A stretch of 64,000 nucleotides of DNA from Vitrella brassicaformis CCMP3155 (Eukaryota > Protista > Chromerida). The notes beneath the pieces were generated by a model. That model saw only the letters and a program-made list of their open reading frames with translations, had not been told where the DNA came from and did no database searches. Below, piece by piece: positions 38,329 to 50,422 of the stretch. Location of the stretch: positions 1 to 64,000 of the forward strand of contig CDMY01000481.1 of NCBI GenBank assembly GCA_001179505.1, given 5' to 3'. Position 1 is the first letter of the stretch. The number at the start of each line of letters is the position of its first letter. The position numbers were made by a program, and so were the translations under genes.

Positions 38329-38539
38329 AGTGATGCCCTGACGGATGTGGCCGTCAGCGCACAGGGCGCAGAAGTCAAACGACGACGCACAAAGGGCGGG
38401 ATAGTCGGCACGGTGTAGAGCAGAGCTGTCGGGTTGGTGGGTGTGGTGGTGCACGTGACGCTCGGCAATGGTGGGTGCGGCAGTGATGCCCCGAGGGACG
38501 TGGCCATCAGCGCACGGGGCGCAGAGATCAAACGACGAC
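38329..38539 (+). repeat. 58-bp imperfect direct repeat pair (38329-38386, 38482-38539)
   Basis: agtgatgccctgacggatgtggccgtcagcgcacagggcgcagaagtcaaacgacgac versus agtgatgccccgagggacgtggccatcagcgcacggggcgcagagatcaaacgacgac. Confidence 0.85.
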
Positions 38540-38576
38540 CTTGGTAAAGGCCCTCCCTCCTTTATTTCTTCTACAT

Positions 38577-39829
38577 ATGGCGATGCGTCGCTATACCCTC
38601 ATCGCCAGCCTGCTGCTCGCTGCTTCAGGTGTGTGCAAGGATAACTGCACGCGCCATCACCGCCTTCTCTCTGTGTACATGTCTGACAGTGTTGCTGAGC
38701 AAGCCCCAGCAACAACAAGAGGGAGAAGAGCCAAAGACAGCCGCTGGTGTGCTCGAGGTCATCGACAGCATTCGAAGGCTCAGCAAGTTCGCCTCCCTTC
38801 TCCGGTCGCCTGATGAGGCGAGGCTGGCCAACGGACCCCAGCAGCAGCCAACACAAGACGACGGAAAGAGCAATGCAGACATCGGGCCATCTGCTGCTGC
38901 TGCTGCTGCTGCTGAGGTGACGACTGCCCCTCCGGCAGGGATGATGGTGAGAGCGATATGGAGATCATTACACAAGCCGACCAGCCGATCAGTAATGATG
39001 TGGCCTTGCCGAAGCCCAAGAAAGGGGAGGGCAGGGGCAAGACACCTAAGTAGGGCCCTGCCGCCCTCACCTGGGCTTGGAGGCCCGCCCCCCGCAGCAG
39101 CAGACAAGCCGAAGAGCACCCTTATCAGCCAGCGGACCAGGATCAGCCAGAAGAGCAGCCTACTGCTGGCCACGATGACCCAGCGCCTCCAGTGCCAACA
39201 GAAGGTGATGACATGAGTGACAGCACGCAAGGCGCTGTGACTGCGCCAAAAGGTGGCAAGGGCAAGCGGCAAGAGAGATGGCAAGAAGGCCAAAGCGCCG
39301 ACCAAGCCCAGGCAAGTGGGGCCGCAAAAGAAGGACTCTGGTGGGTCAAGGAGTGGCCCGAAGCGCAAGCACGGGCCTCCTAAGAAAGAGAGGGACACCC
39401 TAAAATGAGCTTGCTCGCCTCAATGCATGGTACTGACAGCAACACAAGAAGACATTGTTTTCTGAGCGTCAGATGGCGGCTGTGCTGCTGTGTGTGTGGT
39501 GTGCAGGAGCGGTCAAGAGGCGCACTAACAGGGTAATAGCACATGCCGCTCGAAAGCTCGTCGACATGTGCAAGACCACGGCCACAACCTCCATGGCCTC
39601 TTGCGCACCCATGTTGAAGCACAGAGGTACCCACCCACACACACGCGCGCAGAGAAACACGTGTTCGGCCCTCCCTACTTATATGTATTTGTCTCTGGGA
39701 AGAGACAACTATTCTGCTATGGCACGCAAGACGATAGCATGCGTCATGTGGAGATGTTACACCGACTGCGACCGTGACGCCCTAGTGATTCCGTTGAGTG
39801 AGAGCGTCCTGGCTCGTCTCATCTCATAA
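38577..39829 (+). pseudogene. Predicted secreted low-complexity protein with Cys-containing C-terminus, probably disrupted
   Basis: Signal-like MAMRRYTLIASLLLAAS; Q/A/K-rich middle with an apparent frameshift at ~38935 and TAG at ~39051; spliced C-terminal exons ending ...VLARLIS*. Confidence 0.45.
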
Positions 39830-40599
39830 TGGTGGTCGTGCTCTGCTGCCGCCCCCTCCTCTCCCAGGACATGCGGACATGCGTCTTGGACGTTTGTACG
39901 GCCTGGTCGATGGGTCACAGCCATTGCGGCCGCCGCCGACACACACAACACACAACATGCCGCAGACAAGACGATGATAGTGATCATGATGGAATGTGCG
40001 CCAAACACCATCGTCAGATAGAATGAAGGATTGGAGGAGCGATTTGTTTGTACATGCATGGCGCGTTTGTACGTACATGCGTGTGTGCGATTGAAGAGAG
40101 TCCACCGATAGATATAAAAAGTAGACAGCGATACAGGCACCTGTCGACAGCTAAAGCTGAGACATAGGACACCGAGAACTTGTGTTGACCGTAACATTCG
40201 TCTCTGTGTCCGTATCACTCATGAATTCGGTCCCAGGAACACTCAGTTAGGGGGAGGAGAAATCGATCTCCACCCCATCAGCACATCCCAGCCCCCCAAA
40301 CGCGCCCTCCCTCCCCCACGCAGACAGTAGCTAGTGGTACGCAAAAGAGCAATGGACAGGCGCGAGCGAATCCATTCAGACACATAACTGAACCCCCGAC
40401 CCCTCTATCCCTCTTTCTCCATCAGCGCACGGGCCATGTGGGTGATGAATATGTTGGCTTTATATGCCCACACACCGTCACGTCACCACCAGAGGGCAGA
40501 AGGACATGCGGAGAGCAATAAGCTTTATCATCGTTGTTCCTGGGTTGTTGCTGGATGGTTGATGATTTACTTGTTGCTGTGAGGGGCGGCGGTTCTCAT

Positions 40600-43500
40600 T
40601 CCGGGCCGCTTACTTTTGGCAATCGGCAAGAAGTTCGATAAGATCGAGCACCCTGAGGAACGGCCTCAATTCTCCATCGTAAGACACATGCAGCTTCTAC
40701 CTCATTTGCTACCTGTCATTACCGTGATGATCTATCTTCCATTCATGCAGCACTTCAAGAAGAGCTGTGCATGTCCTTTTAATGCAGACCATACAATTTC
40801 TTTTAAAAAGATGATAGATTGACCAATCGCATCCATGCATTCGCTTGTCCACACATCGTCCCCATGAATCTATCCACATATGCCTATGCACAAACTCTCA
40901 TTCGATGAGAACACCCCAGCCCCATCCATCGCCCCAACACCACGCCATGACTGCCTCCCGCCTCTCAAACACAGGCTAGCAGCCCACACCAATGCAACAG
41001 ACAGACGAGCACGCAGCCACCCATGCACCCGCCCACACCTCCTATCCGACCACCCCTGCCTCGTCAACAGCTGCTCAGTCAAGCGCGTGAACAAGTGCTC
41101 AGCCTCCCTCCCCCACACCCCATCGACGGTGCCGACCAGAGGGGTGAAGGTCATGGACAGATCCTCGCAAACGCGCACGTGCTTGTTCTTCTTTCTGCAC
41201 TCGTGCGTCGCCAGGATGGATTGTATGGGGCGGGTACCGTATGAGGGAGCATCAGCGTCGGTGACGCATACGTCGAACGATACATCTCTCTGGCGGTCCC
41301 ACACATCACGGATCACCAGGTCCGTCCTGGCCTCCTCCCTCCCCTGCCCATCCCCCTCCTTCAACACCACCTCCTTGTAGACGCTGTCTGCCCCAAAGGC
41401 CATCCTGCTGACGTCGCCAATCACATCCCGCAGCTCGTTGTATCGCTGTATCACCAGCCCGCCCTTCGCGCAGTCCAGGGCATGGGTGAGGGTAAAGGTG
41501 CAACCGCACCCTGGGCAGCTGGAGGGGAGGTTGGGTGGGCGGTAGCCGTAGCGAACAGCCAGGCCGTCCCGGAAGGTATCGCCGCTGAGGTCGGTCTGAT
41601 CGCTGCACGATGGCATGGCGGTAAGCCACGCATGCGTCTTGGCCTCCTGCGCCCGCCGAGCCGCTCGCTGGCATCCTGGAGGAAGGCGGGAGACGCCGTC
41701 GGTGAAGCGCTCCTTGGCCTGTGCGTCCGCCCGCCTCTTCCCCTCGTGAATCGCCGTGTGCATATGAAGGCGGTGGATGGACGGGTCGAAGGGCTGTTCT
41801 GGGGGGTTGCCGTACTAAATGGCGGCGACGAGCACGTTGGTGCCCTGGATGGACGTCTCGTACGCCTCAGCGACCAGCTCGGTCGGATCGCGCACCCCCG
41901 TGCCACCATGCCGCGCCGGCAGCAGCATGATCGTGGCCTCGGTCTTGTCGATGGTCTTGCCACAGAGGCCGGGCAGGTACGTCGTGGCGAGTAGGTGGTG
42001 AAGGGGCTTGAAGATCTGCTTCTCCTCGGAGATGACGCGCATGACGAAGTCCCACTCGGCCTGCAGCGACTTGGTCATGATGGCGTGGGCCTGCTGCGGG
42101 CGCTTGGTCGCGGTACGTGCGACGTCCTTGATGCACTCCTCCCACCGCTCCACCTTCTGCTGCACATACGCGTGGCGGCCCTCCCTTGTGTCGATGTAGC
42201 CGCCCAGGTATCCGCTGCCTGTCGTGATGGTCAGCCCCTCCACCCCCTCAAACACCTCTCGCGCCCTCTCCTCTAACCCCTCCCGCACCACCAAGATGGT
42301 CTTGTCCGCGGTGGGAAAGTAGCCGTACGGCGGCCCCCTCTCACCGAGCTTGTCCCACCACTCCCGCGCCCGCTCGAAGGAGCTGCACTTGGACGAGTCG
42401 TCTGCGAACCACAGCTGTGGCCCCTGCTCTGCTGGCTCCTTGAGACTGCGGATGAGTGGCAGGGTGCCGGCGGCGTACATCGGCATGGCCATCGGGTCGC
42501 CCTGCGTGGTCCCCTCCTGACTCCACAGCGGCTCCTTCTCGCCCCTCAGGTAGAGCGCAGCGTGGCCCTGGTAGGTGTTGAACAGGAACCGGGACGCACG
42601 TGGCCACAAGTGCCGGGCATTCCAGAGCGCTGCAGGACGACTGAGGTTGTTGAAGGCGTTCTTCGCGTCCACCCCCAGCACACACTCCGCCTCCCCCTCA
42701 CCACAATCAAACAGGCCGCTCACGGCATGAATCGCCGCCTCTATGCCCCCCTTCAGGCCCGCACACAGCTGGTCCTCGCCGCACTCTCTCTCCAAGTCGA
42801 ATGCGGTCTCCATGCTCATCGCCTTGCCCATGATGCGCATGAGGACCTCATGCAAACCATACATACGACCGCCCTTGGAAGAATGAGGATATTCGAGGCG
42901 ACTCTTGTCCCAAATGTCCGAGCTCTAGTAGAACCAACACGACATCAAACTTTACCGGATCCATACCAGCCTATGCTCCGTATTCATACAAAGAAAACAA
43001 ATACCCTATCCCGTGGAAGCACCGGTATGTGATTTGAGTCGAGGCATGTATTGATCATTGTGTTATCGGTCTGTCAGCACGTATACTTGGGATGCTTATG
43101 AGCCTAGCAACTGGCCGCTTTCTGGGTTTCACCTTGATGAGGCCCTCGAAAAGCGGTACTCCCTGTGAGCACACTTTTACAAAATATCTACCAGGAAAGG
43201 AATGGAACGGCGAAAAATACGTCAGACAAGAAGGCCCGAAATACAAAAACATCAAAATATGGGTCGCCGGAGCCCCTGGCGGGGTTGGTTCAGGTCTATT
43301 ACTGGGCCCCTACCATGACAAGGGCAAGGTATAGCGAGCACCAGCCTTGTGTCTCCATAGTTTATACAAGGCCATTTGCATGACACACACTTTCAATTCT
43401 GTTGTATGGCTGCAGACGGGGTGGAATGTGTTTGACGATGACATTGCTTTTTGGTTGACAACGTGGAAATCAGTTGATGGGCTTTCTCGAAGGACAAAAG

Positions 43501-43631
43501 AAAGGGAGGAAGATATTCTCCCACACAGAATCGCTTTGCTGGCTCTCAACGTTTGCATGTTTCTTGATTACATGTTCTTTTTCGCTATTCCAAGTATAGC
43601 AGCAGGCGAGGAGTACTGGGATTGCTGCTGA
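40600..43631 (+). pseudogene. Hypothetical gene interrupted by the CRE retrotransposon
   Basis: Removing the insertion and one TSD gives the in-frame HFKKSCACPFNADHTYDRPWKNEDIRGDSCPKCP...KYPIPWKHR; flanking short GT-AG introns. Confidence 0.6.
40796..42849 (-). mobile_element. 5'-truncated CRE-clade non-LTR retrotransposon (RT + CCHC-like + restriction-like endonuclease)
   Basis: RT motifs GIEAAIH, DAKNAFN, QGDPMA, WFADD, YLGGYI; LPARHGG; CPGCG...HALDCAKGG; RTDLV/FDVCV/KKNKH; single in-frame TAG 41815-41817; 14-bp TSD atgca(g/a)accataca at 40782-40795 and 42850-42863. Confidence 0.93.
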
Positions 43632-44134
43632 AGGGTGACTGGTTTAAGTCCTTGTTTACATTCATGAATCAACGATGAAAGGACAGCTCTTCGCTATGGA
43701 CTAAGACATCGAGGCCTACGGCCAGCTGCACATGCAGCCAATAATATCTGCTCGGTCACTCATGCTTCGATCACTAATTCTTCAACAAGCTACCATGACC
43801 TGAGCTGGCATTGCATCGATGAAAGGGACAAGGACCAGAAGTCGTCTATTTTGCAACTCAGAAGATTGGTCGGTTATGGCACGCCATACACACTGACTGC
43901 AGGGTGCGTCGATCAGCCAATCCTTACTTCCGTGGCTGCATGAATGCATCCTGCCCTGTCTCTCTCCCTGTTGCCACTGTGTGCCTCTGTGGCTTATTTT
44001 GTGGCAATGAATGCATGTAATGCTGTCTGTGAGAGTTGGCTGCGTGTCATGCTGTCGTCTGTGAGACTCACTCGTTCGAAAAAAACTCGGAAGAGAATTG
44101 TGTCGCAGGCACATCGCAGTCATCCATTCATGCA

Positions 44135-44710
44135 TAGTGAATGTCTGTGTGCGCACACCTGCGCATGCACGTTTGGACTTGGAGTGTGTCTATATAATGA
44201 ATGTCTGTGTGCGCATCCTTGCGCATGCACGTGTCGACTTGGAGTGTGCATATGATGAAGTCTCTGTATGTATATAATGAATGTCTGTATGCGCACACCT
44301 GCGCATGCACGGGTCGACTTAAAGTGTGGATGTGTAAGGAACGCCTCTGTGCGCACCCCTGCGCATGCACATGCACGTGTCGACTTGGAAAGTGTGTTAT
44401 GTAATAAATGTCTTTGTGCGCACACCTGCACATGCATGCGTGGACTTAAAGTGTGTGTATGTAGTGAATGTCTGTGTGCGCACTCCTGCGCATGCACGTC
44501 TGGACTTGAAGTGTGTACGTATGAGGAATGTCTGTGTGCGCATACCTGCGCATGCACGTGTGGACTTGGAGTGTGTGTATATGATGCATGTTTGTGTGCG
44601 CACACCTGCGGATGCACGTGTCGACTTGGAGTGTGTGTACATAGTGAATGTCTCTGTATGTATATGATGAATGTCGGTGTGCGCATACCTGCGCATGCAC
44701 ATTTGGACTA
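44135..44710 (+). repeat. 60-bp minisatellite array 1
   Basis: Units ...gaatgtctgtgtgcgcacacctgcgcatgcacgtgtcgacttggagtgtg... Confidence 0.95.
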
Positions 44711-44719
44711 AAAGTCTGT

Positions 44720-45969
44720 ATGTATGTGGACTGTCTATGTTGAGCTGACTGTCATTTGCGTCGTACTCGAGCAGCTTTTCGAAGGCCTCAACACGCCCCC
44801 ACTGATTGACGCAAGCAGAGGACAAGGCGTGTGGTGATATACTCAGACATACGTACCTGTGCAGCGACATGGATGGCCGCGTATCCAACCTGCAAGAGGC
44901 AGGGCAGTGCATGTCTGCGTATTGAATGCCGCCCTTTCCTACCGTCCCTGTTTGTTCAAGAAGCGCGTTGCCCCGCATTTGATACATAAAGTGGATCACA
45001 TTGGTGTGACCATACATGGCAGCCTGAGTAAATGAGAAATGGCAGCTCGAGTGAATTAGACAATGCAAGCGGCCTTGACGAAGCGGCCTCCACTACCTCG
45101 ATGAAAGGCGTATTGCGCCACTGAGTTTAATAACACACATCACACTGGCCATGGAAGACAGACCTAATGTTCTTTTCATTCGTACGCTGCTGAACTCCTC
45201 GCGTTCGTCGAGCATGGAAGGCCCATGAACCTCCAGCAATTTGGAAACCGCGTACAGATCTCCTTTCTTCACGGCCGCAAAGATGCCTTTCTGCAACGGA
45301 AAGGACAGCAAGTACGTTATGGCTCAGCTGTTATCGAATCGCCAATACCGATTCAATCTCAAGAGTGGCTTGGCGGGCCAATGGGGAAGCAGTTGGTGAT
45401 GAAGGGCCGTCTGCAATGCCACGGGTCAGACGCTCGAGTGCAGCCTGACGGCGGCCACCCACAGGCGACGAGCTTGACCGGCGGCGGAGACCCAGAAAAC
45501 TCAAGAAAGCTGCGGCCACAGATCCCGATGAGCGACGAGATTCAGACGGAGAACTCGGGTCGTGCTCTTCCATCGCTTCCAGAGCCTTCTCGTCCTCGTT
45601 CTCTCTGGCGACATCCAAAGGCGTCTTGCCCTAGATTGCCAGAGGCAAGTGAGCGTACTGATGGGCAGAGAGGTGATACCTGATTGTTCTTGATTTTCCA
45701 CAGAGACGGCTCCCATTCGAGCAACTGATTGACCACTTCCAGGTAATCTTCTTTCGTCTCCAGGAGGGCGGCGTGCAGTGCCGTGTTCCCCTTCTGCACA
45801 TAAATGGCAAAGAGACATGGATCACATCCTTGACCAAATGTTCATCTGCCTTGTTTTGTACCTCCGATTGTTTCTTCAAATCCTCTTTGCCACCCTTTCT
45901 TGCATGAATGGCTTTTACGACCTCTATATGGCCGAACTGGGCAGCCCCCCAGAATGGAGAAACGCCAGT
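44720..45969 (-). pseudogene. Ankyrin-repeat protein gene (multi-exon) with internal stop
   Basis: TGVSPFWGAAQFGHIEVVKAI, GNTALHAA, GKTPLDVA, AAMYGHTNVIHFM; TAA 45331-45333 lies before further ankyrin exons. Confidence 0.8.
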
Positions 45970-45984
45970 CTGTCACACATAGAC

Positions 45985-46870
45985 GCATACACACACTCCA
46001 TACACACACTCCAAGTTCAAACGTACATGCGCAGGTGTGCGCACAGAGACATTCATCATATACACACACTCCAAGTCCAAACGTGTATGCGCAGGTGTGC
46101 GCACAGAGACATTCATCACATACACACACTCCAAGTCGACACGTGTATGCACAGGTGTGCGCACAGCATGCGCAGGTGTGCGCACGGAGACATGCATCAC
46201 ATACACACACTCCAAGTCGACACGTGTATGCGCAGGTGTGCGCACACAGACATTAATTATATATACACACTCCAAGTCGACACGTGCATGCACCGGGATG
46301 CGCACACATACGTTCATCATATATACACACTCCAAGTCCAAACGTGCATGCGCAGGGGTGCGCACACATACATTTCTCATATACACACACTCCATACACA
46401 CACTCCAAGTCGACACGCACGCTTCAAGTCGNNNNNNNNNNNNNNNNNNNNNNNNNNNNNNNNNNNNNNNNNNNNNNNNNNNNNNNNNNNNNNNNNNNNN
46501 NNNNNNNNNNNNNNNNNNNNNNNNNNNNNNNNNNNNNNNNNNNNNNNNNNNNNNNNNNNNNNNNNNNNNNNNNNNNNNNNNNNNNNNNNNNNNNNNNNNN
46601 NNNNNNNNNNNNNNNNNNNNNNNNNNNNNNNNNNNNNNNNNNNNNNNNNNNNNNNNNNNNNNNNNNNNNNNNNNNNNNNNNNNNNNNNNNNNNNNNNNNN
46701 NNNNNNNNNNNNNNNNNNNNNNNNNNNNNNNCATCATATACACGCACTCCAAGTCGACACGTGTATGCGCAGGTGTGCGCACAGCATGCGCAGGGGTGCG
46801 CACACAGATATTAATCATATACACACACTCCCAAGTCGACACGTGCATGCGCAGGAATGCGCACACAGAC
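45985..46870 (-). repeat. 60-bp minisatellite array 2 (inverted relative to array 1; spans a gap)
   Basis: cacacactccaagtcgacacgtgcatgcgcaggtgtgcgcacacagacattcatcatata units with 60-nt period. Confidence 0.95.
46432..46731. other. Assembly gap (300 N)
   Basis: N run. Confidence 1.
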
Positions 46871-47046
46871 ATTCCTCATTACGTGACTCGTGCGACCCCC
46901 TGCTTCCCACCCACCCACCCAGTGCAATGCAATGTGGAGCAGCAAATCGATCCCATCAGATCAGTCGAGCCAACAACAACGAGCCAGTGGCACACAACCC
47001 TTTCCCATGACACCCGGCCACCCGGCAGCCAACCCCACCCACACAC

Positions 47047-48830
47047 TCACAGGATGGACGCCAACTTATACTCAATGTACCGCTCCTTACCAGTGCTACC
47101 CAGTCTGGCGGGCAGGATGAACCGCCACACCTCACCCACACGCATGTCAGTGAACATCTCCTGGCCCCACTCAGAACATTCAGACACACGACACTCATAC
47201 CCACGGGCCTCAGCTATCCTGTCTCGTCCGGCGAGGCCGTCACGCCACTCGATGTAGTCGCACTTGACGCGCTGGTCACGTGTCGGTCTGGGTTCACTGC
47301 CCGGCTGCACGATCTTGTACCGCACTCCTGACGGCAATAGCTTGAAGACATCACTGAGCAATGACAGACAAGACAGCGAGTGAAGACGCCAGTGCACTCT
47401 ATGCTGCTGTTATCTTACGTGGGCTGCTGCCCGAGGCCACCGCTGAACGATCAACAATGCAGAGAATCAGCACATGAGTGTCGGCGCTTCCGCATCGTCC
47501 AAGACTCACCTTGTCTGATGTGCCTTGCTGGCTTTGGGGCTCTCGTCGGTGAGGCCGTACATAAACGCATTGGTGTCAAAGGCATGCTGCTCGGTGGGAT
47601 TGGCCATCTTGAGCACGGCAGCCATGTCGGTGGCCGACGCGCCGAGCCGTTTGCGGCGATAGTGGTCGACCATACGGCTGATGTGGTCGGCCTGGACGTC
47701 CTCCACCGGACGAGACCACCTGCACACCACACGCAAAGCAGCGGCGAATCATCATGTGTATCTCCGTCTTCCGTCTGCGGCTCACATGTCGAATCGGTTG
47801 CGGAGCTTGTCGCTCATTTCGTCAATGGTCGACTGAGTGGTGGCTACTTTCTCTCCGCATACCTCCACCGAGCGAATCCATTCGTTGCCGTTCAGAGGTC
47901 GCAGAAATGGTGTGACTGCCTGGTCATCACACATAGACACAAGCCAGAGCATCGAACGTAACTGTACCTCTTGCCGCTTTCTGATGCTCACCTTGATTTC
48001 GTTGTTGAGATTTTCGCCTCGTCGTTTGGCGGCCGCCAACTCGGCCTCCAGCCGGACCTTCTCAGCAGCAAACGCCTTGACGAAAGAACCGACCGCCTCG
48101 ATAAAGCCGTTCAGGTCCTCGGGAGCCCCGGTCAGTCGCATCGTCGGCTCAGTGACAATACTGGTTGTCCCTGCAATAGCCGAGTCGATTGGTGACAGCA
48201 TTTTCTCGATCCAGTAATCATGAAGCCCTGCATCACAGAGAGAGAGAGATGGACACAAAGGAACAAGACAACCTCTCCCTCTCACTTTGCCCACTCACCA
48301 GTGAAGTTGCGTCTTCTTGCGTCTTCGAGAAGGTGGCTGATGGACGCCTGCGTGTTGGCCGTGCGGACAGTGGCGCTTCGGAGGGTCTCCGCGTCCAAGA
48401 TGGCCTTGTGGATGACCTTGAAGGCGGCCGAATCCATATCGACGAACATGCGCTCTTTCTTGTCCTTGTCATTGACGATAATGAAACGGCCGTCCCAGCT
48501 CCCACCAAACAGAGTGGCCAGTAGGATGCCCTCGACACCCCCTCCTTGCGTGAGGCGCTGACGCTTCACACTCAGCTCGTAGCCGCCCACATTGAGCAGC
48601 AGCATGTCGTCAGACGAGGCCTTTGACGCATCCGAGGCGCCGTGCTTCTGCCGCTCTTGCTGGGCCTCATAATCAGCTTGTTGGATTTGTTTGTGAAGAG
48701 AGTCGATGGCGTCGCTGGCCTTGGTCGTGGGAACGTGGAGTTTGTCGAAAATCGAGATGACGCTGAACTTCTGGGCTGACAACTCGGCCTGCATCTTCGG
48801 TATGAGCCACCTGACGTCGCTGCATCACCC
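47047..48830 (-). CDS. BTB/POZ (T1-type) + coiled-coil + C-terminal FKBP-like domain protein (5' end uncertain)
   Basis: LLLNVGGYELSVKRQRL...LLATLFGGSWD...MFVDMDSAAF (BTB); LPSGVRYKIVQPGS...EMFTDMRVGEVWRFILP (FKBP-like); spliced exons. Confidence 0.7.
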
Positions 48831-49093
48831 AGTGACACCCACGCACACACAGAAACGCGCCCGGAAGTTGATTCATTGGCAGATCTGCGTCCTTTTGTCG
48901 TCGTATAGCGCTCCTTAACCCACCTCGTGCTTTCCAAATTGGAAATTCCTTGCGAGCCGAGAAGACAAGCTCGCCGCAGGAACGTGAGGGGCATCACCTC
49001 TGCCAGTGCGTCATGTGAACCAGGTGAAAGAGCACACAAGAGAAAGCAAAAAGACGGAGGCGATCCATCGCTTCCCTTCCCTCTGCCGATACA

Positions 49094-49919
49094 GATGAAC
49101 GACCGCGTTGTCGGCCTCTTCGACGGCCATTTCGTATATGAGGATGGCCACGGAGGCTACGAGATGGACGTCAAGGGCGAGCGGCGGGCCATCTTGCCCG
49201 CCTTCCACCCGCAGATCAAGCTGTGCTTTAGTGACCCCAAGAACAGCAGCAGCAGCAAGGCCAACCAGGAATGGTACGCTCCACCAGATGCAGAGAGAAG
49301 GGGGGAGCCGGTCAACTCTTAAGTGTATGTATGTATTGTGCTGTCAGTAGTGACACACCGAAGATACCTCGCGGAGCCAGGTGACCGCAGCACACACCTG
49401 TGGCACATACATCTGCATCTCCTTTTCCTCTCTCTGTGTGTGCCTTTGCATTTTGTCAGCGGTGAGTCGGTGCCCTACCGCTCGCGTGTGACGTCATCCT
49501 CACCTTCACCTGTGGCTCCACCACCACCACCAGCAATGGCGGCTCCACCACCACCACCACCAGCAATGGCGGCGATGAGACCGAAAGTGTCTATCGAGCT
49601 GACGGACCCCGGCGTGCAACACCAGGTCGTGCAGCAGGGCGCCGGCCGCCAGCCGGCCGCCGACGATCGAGTGACCTTCGACGTCACCATGTGGGAGGAC
49701 AAAATCCACGGCAGCCAAAAGACGGTGGAGTGCCATGGCGTGACGTGTGCCGTGACCGACGAGCTGCTCTGTGACTGGCAGAGGGAGACGGTGCTGCTCA
49801 TGTCTGCGGGGGAGGTGCGGCACCTCACTGTGCCGTCAGAGGTGCAGGAATGGGTGCTGCAGGACAAGCGGATGGGATATGGAGAAATGAGGCTGGTGGC
49901 CATCCATGCTGACAATTAG
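49094..49919 (+). CDS. Gene or fragment ending in an FKBP-like domain after a Pro-rich linker
   Basis: DPGVQHQVVQQGAGRQPAADDRVTF...LLMSAGEVRHLTVP resembles the FKBP fold; upstream exon MNDRVVGLFDGHF. Confidence 0.55.
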
Positions 49920-50422
49920 TGGGCTGTCGATCTGTGTAGAGGTGGGGGAGGGAGGGGGGATTGACGTATAGGGGAGCGGGGTGGGCGGGGGGTCTTCGTG
50001 CGGGTGGCCGATCGTCTTCACGTGGTGTGTGTGGATAGAAATGGTGCGTGTCTGTCATGGATGTTCACGTGGCTGTTTTATGCGTGTACAGAGGTGAATG
50101 GGACTCATCGCATCTTCTTTGCAATTCCAAATGCCTCTTCAGATGCGAAGATGCATTCATCGTCAGATTGCAATGCAATGGATCACATCAGAGTCTCACA
50201 CGAACCCGCACATGAAACCTTCGTGTGCATCCATTTGTCGAGAGAGGATGGCAGAAAGAGCAAACTAGCCGAAGAGAGAGACGGGGATGACGGTGGGATA
50301 CTAGAAATGATGGGACTGTGTAGCCTCTCCTGCAGATGCACCGTTAGGCGGGTCTATCTACAGGCACACGCACTCTACGCCCCACCGTCGGTATATCTGT
50401 CTGTCGTCTGTGTGTGATAGAG

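Noticed and set aside
39757-40218. Minus-strand ORF overlapping the secreted-protein gene end
   Set aside because: It is largely intron-like microsatellite sequence; the plus-strand spliced model explains the overlap better, though a small antisense exon cannot be excluded
41451-42685. Overlapping long ORFs on other frames or strand of the retrotransposon
   Set aside because: These are shadow ORFs of GC-rich RT/RLE coding sequence
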